DNA of 64,000 bases. It comes from Octopus sinensis. Lineage: Eukaryota. A program made the translations under genes and the position numbers. The notes beneath the pieces are model-generated. The model made no database searches. It saw only the letters and a list, made by a program, of their open reading frames with translations, and had not been told where the DNA came from. Positions 39,363 through 49,857 of this stretch are shown here, in pieces. The DNA is taken from NCBI RefSeq assembly GCF_006345805.1, contig NC_043011.1, positions 14,024,464 to 14,088,463 on the forward strand. Reading direction: 5' to 3'. Within the stretch, counting starts at the first letter, position 1. Each line of letters begins with the position of its first letter.

Positions 39363-39949
39363 TATAGCAGTTTATATTTTTACTGGAGCTAATTTATATA
39401 CAGGGCTTATAAACATTATCAGATTATCTTGAACAAATCAAATGATGATCTGGAAAAAAACAAGACTTATCTTGATTAACTGTATGCAGAAGTATTTCTT
39501 ATCTTTTAAAAGCAAATGACTTTTTTTAAGCAGTTTTTGCTGGAAAATATTTATTTCAATGGAACAGCATTGCTTAGGGAATAGGCATCACAAATTCTCA
39601 TACTTCTTATTCCCAACTTAGAAAATACTATAAAATGGGTTAGGCAATAAATTCCCTTGTCTGTATCTCATACAAGAAATCAGTGAAACCCCTTCAGTTA
39701 CCATACTGTCACATACTTACGTTTATACATACATACATATCTTTTTTTTTGTTTTATCTTTTACATGTTTCAGTCACTTGATTGCAGCCATGCTTTTAGT
39801 CGAATGCATCAGCACCCAGTACTTATTCTATCAGTCTCTTTTGCTGAACTGCTGTGTTTACAGGGATGTAAACACACCAGCACAAGTTGTCAAGCAGTGG
39901 TGGAGGGGACAAACAGACACACACATATGCACAAATATATTCTTTTTTT

Positions 39950-40430
39950 TTCTTTTTACTTGTTTCAGTCATTTGACTGTGGCCATGTTGGAGCACAGCA
40001 TTTAGTCGAACAAATCGACCCCTAGGACTTATTCTTTGTAAGCCTAGTACTGATTCTATCAGTTACTTTTGCTGAACCGCTAAGTTATGGGGATGTAAAC
40101 ACACCAACATCAGTTGTCAAGCGATGGTGGGGGACAAACACAGACACAAAAGTACATACATATATATACAATGGGCTTTTTTCAGTTTCCGTCTACCAAA
40201 TCCACTCACAAGGCTTTGATTGGCCCAAGGCTAGAGTAGAAGATGCATGCCCAAGGTACTACAGAGTGGGACTGAAGCTGGAACCATGTGGTTGGGAAGC
40301 AAGCTTCTTTTAGTTTCCATCTACCAAATCTTCTCACAAAGCTCAGGTCAGCCCAAGGCTCCACACAGTGGGACTGAACCTGGAACCATGTGGTTGGGAA
40401 GCAAGCTTCTTACTACACAGCCACATCTGC
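39950..40430 (-). mobile_element. SINE family A with duplicated head
   Basis: Head segment repeated at 40170-40305 and 40305-40430. Confidence 0.82.
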
Positions 40431-40644
40431 ACATGTTTACATTTTAAGTTGCATTTTGGGGGAAATTTTTTGAATGCTTCTGCAGTTATTTTGTTATAAA
40501 TTACACATGACAATATATAGTTTAATGAGTTGGTGGTGGTGGTTATTAAAGTAAGCTAATTTAACTTTGATCTTCAGAAAATACTTAGATTTCTTTTCCA
40601 TTTTTTTCTGCAATTTGGGAATGTAGTTTTTATCTCACTGGTAC

Positions 40645-40935
40645 ATCATCATCATCATCGTTTAGTGTCTGCTTTCCATGCTAGCATGGGTCGGACGGTT
40701 CAACTGGGGTCTGGGAAGCCAGGAGGCTGCACCAGGCCCAGTCTGATCTGGCAGTGTTTCTACGGCTGGATGCTCTTCCTAACACCAACCACTCCATGAG
40801 TGTAGTGGGTGCTTTTTACGTGCCACCGACACAGGTGCCAGACGAGGCTGGCAAACGGCCACGATCGGATGGTGATTTTTACGTGCCACCAGCACGGAGG
40901 CCAGGCGAGGCAGGCAACAGCCACGTTCGGATGAT
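40645..40935 (-). mobile_element. RTE 3'UTR fragment
   Basis: Same tail motif. Confidence 0.85.
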
Positions 40936-41136
40936 TTTGATAAAAGGTAAGTGACAAAAGGCTGTTTTCCCTGCTGGTATAGAAGCTGAGTTTGTAGAAC
41001 AAAAGCTGATATTTGTCAAGTTTTATTGAAGGTGATGATAATAATACAGTATGAAGGTATCTTGGTATGAGCTGTTTAGAATATACAGACTGCAGTTGGG
41101 ACATTATCACATCAAATCTTGAGTTGTTTATTTTAA

Positions 41137-41442
41137 TACTAGCAGTATCGCCCGGCGTTGCTCAGGTTTGTAAGGGAAATAACTATATAAGCATTTTTAG
41201 AGAGTTACTTCCCTTATATAAACCGAGCAAAAAATGCATTAAAAATGCGAAAAAATTATGGTAAATTTTTTTTATCATCGTAGACTCATCGTAGGCACGC
41301 ACTAATACCCAGAAGGGCTCGATATGAATCATGACTATAAGATACCTGCTTTTGGTTAAACTGCACTGCAAAATGTGGGAGTAGTTAGGAATCTAAATCA
41401 GAGGAGACAGACACCACACAACTTCAGTTTTATATATAAAGA
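41137..41442 (+). mobile_element. Helitron/Helentron-associated non-autonomous element (DINE/Lep1-like)
   Basis: Starts ACTAGCAGTATCGCCCGGCGTTGCTC and ends ttttatatataaaga, a typical terminal signature (recalled). Confidence 0.6.
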
Positions 41443-41689
41443 AGATTATATCGAGATACACACTGCAGGCTTAAAACTCACAACCATAACATCAGCAGCA
41501 GCTACCACAGCCACTGCCACCATCACAACAACGGCAGAGTGTGTTTAAACAGTAGTGAATATAGGTTAAACACATGATATGCATGTATGCTGATGGCAAA
41601 TTAATAGTTTTCATTTTACTTACTTGCTATTCTAATCTAGTTTTATGGTCTCCTGATTTCTGTCGATGGGAGATGATTTATATGATATA

Positions 41690-42302
41690 CTCCTTTACTT
41701 GTTTCAGTCATTTAACTGCGGCCATGCTGGAGCACTGCCTTTAGTCGAGCAAATCGACCCCAGGACTTATTCTTTGTAGGCCCAGTACTTATTCTATCGG
41801 TCTCTTTTTGCAGAACCGCTAAGTGACGGGGACATAAACATTCCAGCATCGGTTGTCAAGCAATGTTGGGGGGACAAACACAGGCACACAAACATATACA
41901 CACACATGCATATATATATATATACATATATACGACAGGCTTCTTTCAGTTTCTGTCTACCAGATCCTCTCACAAGGCTTTGGTCGGCCCGAGGCTATAG
42001 TGGAAGACACTTGCCCAAGGTGCCACGCAGTGGGACTGAACCCAGAGCCATGTTGTTGGTAAACAAGCTACTTACCACACAGCCACTCCTTTTTTTTTTT
42101 TTTTTACTTGTTTCAGTCATTTGACTGCGGCCATGCTGGAGCACCGCCTTTAGTCGATCAAATCGACCCCGGGACTTATTCTTTGTAAGCCCAGTACTTA
42201 TTCTATCGGTCTCTTTTGCCAAACCGCTAAGTGACGGGAACGTAAACACACCAGCATCGGTTGGTAAACAAGCTACTTACCACACAGCCACTCTCCTGTG
42301 CC
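41690..42302 (-). mobile_element. Two tandem family-A SINEs (41690-42090 and 42105-42302)
   Basis: The second copy has a large internal deletion. Confidence 0.88.
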
Positions 42303-42970
42303 TGAAAACTTTTTATATGAAAATTTTTTAAATATATTTATTTAATTCTCTATTGTACCTAAGTCTGTCCCATCTTATGGGATAAACCTTGAGATTCAGG
42401 GAGCTTTATGTCATAACATGTTCCTTGCAAGGCAGTGACATAAATGTTAAAAAAAAAGATATATTCAAAGGGGATTTGGTGAATACATTTAAACTAGTTG
42501 ACTAAATATTCTTCTATTTTTTTAATTGTTTCAGTCATTTGACTGCAGCCATGCAACCCTTCAGGCCCCTTATATATATATATTTATGCGAGTGTGTCAT
42601 TGTGTATGCGTTTGCCCCCCCCCCAACCACTTGACAACCAGTACTGGTATGTTTATGTCCCCTGTGACTTAGCAGTTTGGCAAAAGAAACCGACAGAGTA
42701 AGTACCAGGCTTTACAAAAAATAGTAAGTACTGGGGTTGATTCGTTCAACTAAAATTCTTCAAGGTGGTGCCCCAGTATAATGACTGAAGCAAGTAAAAG
42801 ATAAAAGATAAAAACTACTTGACCACTGGAAAATAAGCGACAATTCTTTATCCTATGGTGCTGTTTGTGTTATGATGGCCAAAATACATTTCTAAAGCAT
42901 GCAAAATTATCTCTACGGTGGGGGAAAAAAAGAATAAAGACAACCATCATATGTGTTCAACAAGTATTAC

Positions 42971-43032
42971 CTCTTGGTTTTCAATGAAGGAAATGAAGTA
43001 GGTAATTCTGGCATTTTGTATCCACTGAAATA
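42971..43032 (-). CDS. VPS37A: VPS37A exon
   Basis: tttgttttttag|TAT TTC AGT GGA TAC AAA ATG CCA...AAG AG|gtaata. YFSGYKMPELPTSFPSLKTK resembles human GFGYKMPDVPDAFPELSELS. 62 nt. Confidence 0.92.
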
Positions 43033-43189
43033 CTAAAAAACAAAAAAAGAAATTATATTATAGAACAATAAAATATTGATATGATAAAAAGGATATGCAA
43101 TATAATGTTTAAGATTGAAGTAAATGAAATCACAATCTCTGATGTATTAGAATTGAAAATAAGCATTTTAAATTACAAAAAAAAAAGTT

Positions 43190-43530
43190 AATGGCCCAGT
43201 GGTTAGGGCAGAGGACTGTGGAGGCGCAGTCGCTCAGTGGTTAGGGCAGAAGACTCGCACTTGTAGGATCGCGGTTTCAATTCCCAGACTGGGCGTTGTG
43301 AGTGTTTATAGACCGAAAACACCTAAAAAGCTCCATGAGGCTCCGACAGGGGTTGGTAGCGATCCCTGCTGTATTCTTTCGCCACAACTTTCTCTCATTC
43401 TTTCTTCTGTTGGCCTGCTCGCTTAGCCAGCGGGGTGGCGTCATTTGAAGGCTAAAACAATGTGAAGCACATTGTGACCAGCGATGTGTAGCAACATCTG
43501 ATAGCCTGGTCGGTCATGTGATCACTTGAT
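43190..43530 (+). mobile_element. SINE related to family E with a different 3' tail and duplicated A-box
   Basis: Shares the head and ctttcgccacaactttctctca with family E, then diverges (gaaggctaaaacaatgtgaagc...catgtgatcacttgat). Confidence 0.7.
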
Positions 43531-44578
43531 ATATATATATATGACATATCTATAATATATGCACATATATACATTATAAAAATGGCGGTGCATCAGCATG
43601 GCCGCAGCTCTGAGCTGAAACTTTTTTAAAAATTAAAAAAGTTGGAAGATGTAATTCCAAAAACAATCAAGTTTGTATTACATTTTCGTATGGAAACTTG
43701 CAATACATTCTATGACAAGAGAATGGGGAGCTGATCAAAAAGGAAGAGTGTCAGAAAAAATGTCAGGTATTTAAGTATTTAGCTTTGCTCTACATCCTAA
43801 AATATGGCCCAGGTTTACATTGCTGTTCATGTATGTACCAGTAACACCAAAACTGATTCAATTAAAAATCTTCTCTAATGTAAATAAACACAAAAAGAGG
43901 CATAAATCAAAGTCTATTTCACTTATTTTCTAATCCATCTAAGCCAAGTGTCAGTCATTACAAAAATTTTCCTTTGATAATTCATGCAAATAGTTAACAT
44001 TTTAAAACTCATTCAGATTCTTCCAGTATTGAAAAACAAAAAAAGTATATAGAAAATTTTTAAAAAATAGCCACTCAAATTAGGTTTCAATTACTAGAGC
44101 GTGTTATGGGAACTAATATGAAATGTAATGACATAAATTTTTTGTCCATTTAAAACAAGCGTTTTTAAAAAATTATATATCTATCTATCTATCTCCCTCC
44201 CTGCATGCATGTATATATATATATAAAATCAGAAAAAAACCACCTTTTATCAATTCAAAATGAATAATTAAATTACACCATCTAGAAAATTACATATAAT
44301 AGAAAAGTTAAAATTAAAATAACAATAAAACGTAAAGATTAAGTAAATTTTTTATATATATATATTATATTGTGTGAAATTTGATTTAGTATTTCTAAAT
44401 TGAATTTTTTTTCCTTTTAAGTTTGGATTTTATTCCCTCAAATAATAATTATATATATATATATAAACACACACACACACCAATGTAAGTGCTACTTAAA
44501 ACTTTGTGAATAGATGTTGTTTCACCAACAGGTACAACCAAAAAATAATTATTTTCTCTGAATAAAAAGAAATGTTAC

Positions 44579-44780
44579 CTCTGGATTATGAGGAGGTTCC
44601 TGAAGGGGAAAATTTTCCAAGGTTGATTGGTTTCCATTTGCAGTTAACACCGATGTCTTTGTGCAAGGGTTAACTGGAGTATTCGCTGGTCGAAAGTGTG
44701 GATACATATTGCTTATATTTGCAACTGGACTTTGTGAAGGAAGTTGGCCCACGTAGTAAGGAGCAGGAGTATTAATATTG
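44579..44780 (-). CDS. VPS37A: VPS37A exon (Pro-rich linker)
   Basis: cttcttatag|C AAT ATT...CCA GAG|gtaaca. Only one open frame (NINTPAPYYVGQLPSQ...EPPHNPE). 202 nt, phase 2 to 0, fits both neighbours. Confidence 0.88.
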
Positions 44781-44887
44781 CTATAAGAAGACAGAATACG
44801 TTAGATAAATTAACGAGCAGTAAGACTAATATATAGGACAATACTGAAATAAACTAATACACACAAACATATGTATATGTATATCTA

Positions 44888-44946
<59 letters not shown>

Positions 44947-45137
44947 CTTTATTTAAAGCAGCAGAAAATTCAACAAAATTTTGCTAGCAAAAACTGTCCG
45001 ATGAACGCCAACGCGAAACTCAGAGTAATAGGTTTTGTTGAATTTTCTGCTGCTTTAAGTAAAACATATTACTCTACCACTGGTATTTGAGTACTCTTTT
45101 TTCCACCTTGTTTCACATTTATGTGTTTACTCCGGTA
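44947..45137 (+). mobile_element. PLE-type terminal repeat with hammerhead motif and 31-bp inverted flanks
   Basis: Homologous to 60198-60400. Flanked by (TA)n. Inverted arms at 44948-44978 and 45033-45063. Confidence 0.7.
44993..45032 (+). ncRNA. Minimal hammerhead-like motif (U4C)
   Basis: CUGU-CCGAUGA-ACG CCAA CGC-GAAACUCAGAGUA^-AUAG. Confidence 0.55.
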
Positions 45138-45424
45138 TATATATATATATATATATAGAATGATTTTCGTCATTTTTTTCCTTTTGCCTGCGTGGTTTGT
45201 TTTCAAGTGCTTTGGTTTTTCTGGGAACTCCCTTTAAAGTAGAAGGAATAGCTAAGATTTTTTGACTGCTATTTCTAAACTTCGGTATGTGGTGAAGCAA
45301 ATCGTTGCTGAACCCTAATTATATAGTATTACTTAAATTTACCATGAAATGGTCCTTTTCATGCCAAATTCTACTTGGTGAAATTACTGATTACTTCTTA
45401 ATTAATTAGTTTCACCCTTTGTTA

Positions 45425-45524
<100 letters not shown>

Positions 45525-46157
45525 TGTTGACTTGGCTGTCAACTTGTTAACTGAGTATGACTGTTCTTAACACCAACACTGACAGAGTACATATACATGG
45601 GTACTAAGCTAGTTAAAGCTAACAGCACACAACCATATAAGTGATAAAGAGTTAAATATTTACAGTTTAGAAAATTACTACAAGACAGAGATAGTCTATA
45701 TGTTATGTGACTGGAAATGACGTTTTAATCCAACGAGAGTTTTACAAATTTTTCCATACAGATGACATGAAGATGATTGTATTAGTAGTGAAGACAGTTG
45801 AAAATTGATACGGTCACATTTCATGTACCTAGTCAAACGAGATTTACTTCTGCAGATCTTATTACAATCAGAGCAAGATAGTTCAACTGATTGTAACTGT
45901 GAATAGTGAGTAGGGGGGGGGGGTTAAATATGTACTGTCACTAATGACAAACTAGCCCAGCTTGGAAGAGACAGATATGATAGCATGTATCACAAGTAAG
46001 AAAAGATGGACCATTGGCCATACAAACGAAGTAGTACCTTCTTGAATTTCACTCCTCTATTTTGGCCACCCATTGCATCATTCTCCTTCTTTCTTGAACT
46101 ACTTATTGAATTTTTGAAATGCATTTCTGGTTTCCCTTTGCTTCTTCAGACCCAAGT

Positions 46158-46225
46158 GGCCATTTAAACCTGACAAGTCACCGATACAGCTAAGTGCTTT
46201 ATAGGTGTGAAACCAATGGTCACTC
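46158..46225 (+). ncRNA. Degenerate sister hammerhead motif
   Basis: CUGACAA (G8 to A, CpG decay)...GUGAAACCAAUGGUCACUC, the same family as 46970-47043. Confidence 0.55.
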
Positions 46226-46269
46226 TCTGTCCAGCCATAACAAACAACATTCTAAATACACACACACAC

Positions 46270-46510
46270 ATATCTCATCACTGTTATTTAATGCCGGCTT
46301 TCCATGCTGGCATAGGTTGGACAGTTTGACTGAGAATTGGCAAGCCGAGAGGCTGCACCAAGCTTCAATCTGATTTGGCAAGGTTTCTACAGCTGGATGC
46401 CCTTCATAATGCCAACCACCCAGGGAGTGTGGTGGGTGCTTTTTATGTGCGGCCAGCATAGGAACCAGTCAAGTGGCACTGGCATCAGCCACCCGCAAAT
46501 GGTGCTTTTT
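46270..46510 (-). mobile_element. RTE 3'UTR fragment (diverged)
   Basis: ttccatgctggcataggttggacag...ggatgcccttcataatgccaacc. Confidence 0.75.
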
Positions 46511-46519
46511 ATATACCTA

Positions 46520-46749
46520 TTTCTTTATTACCCACAAGGGGCTAAACACAGAGGGGACAAACAAGGACAAACATAGGTATTAAGTCGATTACATCGACCT
46601 CAGTGCGTAACTGGTACTTAATTTATCGACCCCGAAAGGATGAAAGGCAAAGTCGACCTCGGCGGAATTTGAACTCACAACATAACGGCAGACGAAATAC
46701 CGCTAAGCATTTCACCCAGCATGCTAACGTTTCTGCCAGCTCACCGCCT
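46520..46749 (-). mobile_element. SINE family B
   Basis: Monomer. Confidence 0.88.
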
Positions 46750-46969
46750 TGCTTTTTATATACCATCCAAATTGAGGAAGTGGAGCAGGTAAAATTCAGG
46801 TTACATATGCTTCCTAGCTAGCAGGTCCTCTGATGCAATAATTACCTAATGAGAGATACTCAGCTAGCTATGAATCAGGCCAAAGACACCTTAATTATAT
46901 GAAGGTTACATTCTTGTTAAGGAATGCTAAGTTAACTAGCCAAAGATTTAATTTTCAAATATGCCCGCA

Positions 46970-47043
46970 GCCATTGGTGTCTGATGAGTTGTCCATAAGG
47001 TTACACGCTTTATGGATGTGAAACCATTGGTCACTCGATGACC
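46970..47043 (+). ncRNA. Type I hammerhead ribozyme motif with intact catalytic core
   Basis: CUGAUGA - stem II (UCCAUAAGG/CUUUAUGGA) - GAAAC CAUUG GUC^, with near-palindromic stem III. Imperfect stem I GCCAUUGGUGU/ACUCGAUGACC. Confidence 0.7.
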
Positions 47044-47124
47044 ATATTATTAGCCTCCTGTAAATGCATTACTGCTCTAACTTTTAGAGTGCTTCATTTT
47101 TAGATATATGATTCACTGACAATG

Positions 47125-47400
47125 TCATCATCATCGTTTAACGTCCGTTTTCCATGCTAGCACAGGTTGGACGGTTCGACCGGGGTCTGGGAATCCAGGA
47201 GGCTGCACCAGGCTACAGTCTGATCTGGCAGTGTTTCTACAGCTGGATGCCCTTCCTAACGCCAACCACTCCGTGAGTGAAGTGGGTGATTTTTATGTGC
47301 CAGGGGAGGCTGGCAGCGGCCACGATCGGTTGGTGCTTTTTACGAGCCACCGGCACAGAAGCCAGTCATGGTGGTACTGGCATCGGCCACGTTCGGGGCG
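47125..47400 (-). mobile_element. RTE 3'UTR fragment
   Basis: Same tail motif. Confidence 0.85.
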
Positions 47401-47454
47401 TATATATATATATTAAAAGTTAGAGCAATAATGTATTGACCGGAGGTTAATACA

Positions 47455-48191
47455 GTATAGTAAGGTCAGTTGGTCACCATCTGTGAGAAAAACAGCATCA
47501 CTCAGCCAGAAGGAAATGACATGCTGTACTGCTTGGCATTCGCTCCGGGGCAATCAGAGGACACGCACCGAGAATGATAAAAATCAATCATCCAGTCAAC
47601 ATCAGGGTGTTTGGAGTGATCACTAATGATGGTGACATTATGGCTCCATTCATCTTCCGACACGGACTCAGACTCAACATGAAGGCCTACATCAAGTGCC
47701 TGGAGAAGGTAGTGCTGCCCTGGGTCAAAGGGTAGCTGCTGGAAGACCCTATGTCTGGCAACAGGACTCTGTACCAAGTCACACAAGCAGGAGAACCCAG
47801 TCATGGCTGTCAGACAATTTCTGTGACCACATCACCCCTAAGATCTGGCCACCTAACTCCCCAGACTGCAACCCCCTTTGATTATTATGTGTGGGGTGCA
47901 GTTGAGTGAGAGACCAATAAAACTCCTTGTAACACCAAAGGTGAACTGAAGGCAAGGATTATGGCAGCATTCACCAACTTAAACAAGGAAACTGTCGAGA
48001 AGAGTTTGCAGGAGACTCCAAAGTCATCTGGAGGCCATGGTTGAAGCCAATGGCGATTTTATTGAACAAATTTACTCTTTAGTATTTCAAGATATTTTAT
48101 GTAATTTTGGTAAATATATCTGTTAAAATGAGATGTCAGTGTTATTTTTATTTTTGCGTAATTTTGACGACAGTTTATTCACTGCACCCTG
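47455..48191 (+). mobile_element. Internally deleted Tc1/mariner (maT, DD37D) transposon
   Basis: YVWQQDSVPSH...WPPNSPDCNPLDYYVWG with 37 residues between the last two Asp. 3' end caccctg|ta; 5' TIR degenerate. Confidence 0.85.
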
Positions 48192-48204
48192 TATGTATGT
48201 ATGT

Positions 48205-48480
48205 GTCGTCGCCAGTGCCGCTGGACTGGCTCCTATGCAGGTGGCACGTAAAAAGCACCATTTGGGCGTGGCTGTTGCCAGTACCACCAAACTGGCCCTC
48301 ATGCTGGTGGCACGTAAAAGCACCCACTACACTCTCGGAGTGGTTGGCGTTAGGAAGGGCATCCAGCTGTAGAAACTCTGCCAGATCAGATTGGGAGTCT
48401 GGTTCGCCAGACATCAGTCAAATCGTCCAACCCATGCTAGCATGGAAGGCGGACGTTAAATGATGATGATGATGATGATG
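48205..48480 (+). mobile_element. RTE 3'UTR fragment
   Basis: Ends ggcggacgttaaatgatgatgatg. Confidence 0.85.
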
Positions 48481-48734
48481 ATATACACACACACAACACA
48501 AACATAGTTATGGTATATTTCTTTAGGAACGAAGCAGAGTACGGTATAAAGCTTGTCCACCCTCAGAATCACCCAATACTATCCAGTAGCATTATTATAT
48601 ATTTTCAAGTTTATGTTTGGGCACTCATCGTGTGTGAATACAACATTGAAGAAATTGGGGTCAACAACGAGTACAGTTGGACAGCTATTTTTTAATCGCT
48701 ATAAATGTTTCCAAGCAGGTATTTGATTATGCAT

Positions 48735-49053
48735 CTGTTTGTTTGCATAATGAAATCTAGTTGTGTTTCCTCAGGTGATATTCTAGTGTTGTCTCCATTT
48801 GCTTGAAATCTTCGACTCCAAGGAGATCCCCTCCATCCATCTTAGTTTCAATTTAGTAGCAGCTGGTAGATGCATGTTGCTTGCTGCCAGAATGCGTATG
48901 GCGGCAAGCAACATGTGTCTACTGGCTGCTACTAAATTGAAGCTAAGATGGATGGAGGGGATCTCCTTGAAGTCATAGATTTTAAATTAACGGAGACAAT
49001 GCTAGAATATCACCTGAGGAAACACAACTAGATCTCATTATGCAAACAAACGG
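48735..49053. repeat. 155-bp-arm fold-back hairpin with 9-nt loop
   Basis: Arms 48735-48889 and 48899-49053; loop gaatgcgta; roughly 85-90% complementary by eye. Confidence 0.95.
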
Positions 49054-49650
49054 TTGAAGACCTATGATAAAATTGGAAACATATATAACATAGACACTTA
49101 CACATACCATGAACTATTATATTGGGAAATAACAAAAAAATATAAGGTTGTACCTTATGCAACACTAAGAAAGATAAATCTTGAAGCTAGAAATATTATG
49201 TATGATTTTAATTTAGAAGATAAAACTGAACCATTCACTCCAATAAGACTATGTATAACGATTAAGGACCATAAGGAGAACTTCCCTAACAAAACACAGG
49301 TCAGACTAATCTGTCCAAATAAATCGGACTTAGGTAAATTAAGTAAAATAATTTTAGACAAATATATACCTATAATTAGAAGTAAAATTAAACTTAATTT
49401 ATGGAAAAACACACAAGGGGCATTAGAATGGTTTTCCAGTATTAAGGTTGATAATGGTAGAAACCATAAACTAATCCAAATTGATATTCAAAATTATTAT
49501 GCATCGATTAACCCAGTAGTACTTAATAAAGCTTTAATTTTTGCAAGAAAACACACCAATCTTAGTATGAGGGAAATTAAGAAAAACTTATAGAATTTGA
49601 CAATAAACTATGCACTAGAAAGGACACACCAGACTGATTTGATATTATAA

Positions 49651-49857
49651 AGTTAATACAAACAAGAAAGCACAAAAAAACACAACAACGCGAGGACGTG
49701 GAACAAATATAGTATTATTGGACGCTCAGGAAAGAAAGAAAGAAGGAGGGCTTAACGTTTCGAGCGGAGCTCTTCATCGGAAACATAGGAGAAGGAAAGA
49801 TCCAGAGAAGGGAAGACAGAGGGAAAAAAATCGTCAACGGTACACACGAGGTCACAT
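49651..49857 (-). mobile_element. 207-bp hammerhead-bearing insertion with 13-bp TSD
   Basis: tttgatattataa at 49638-49650 and 49858-49870. Removing the insert and one TSD restores the PLE frame. Confidence 0.88.
49747..49785 (-). ncRNA. Minimal hammerhead-like motif (U4C variant)
   Basis: GUUU-CCGAUGA-A-GAGC UCC GCUC-GAAACGUU^-AAGC. Stems I and II pair; palindromic ACGU stem III. Confidence 0.65.

Noticed and set aside
44760-44775. TPAP in the VPS37A linker as a PTAP/PSAP late-domain motif
   Set aside because: The sequence NTPAPYY does not match P(S/T)AP.
49635-49637. In-frame TGA in the PLE RT as possible selenocysteine (some Naiad PLEs reportedly encode Sec)
   Set aside because: This copy has other stops (TAG, TAA) and frameshifts, and no SECIS was identified. 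It would need TGA conserved in the family consensus.
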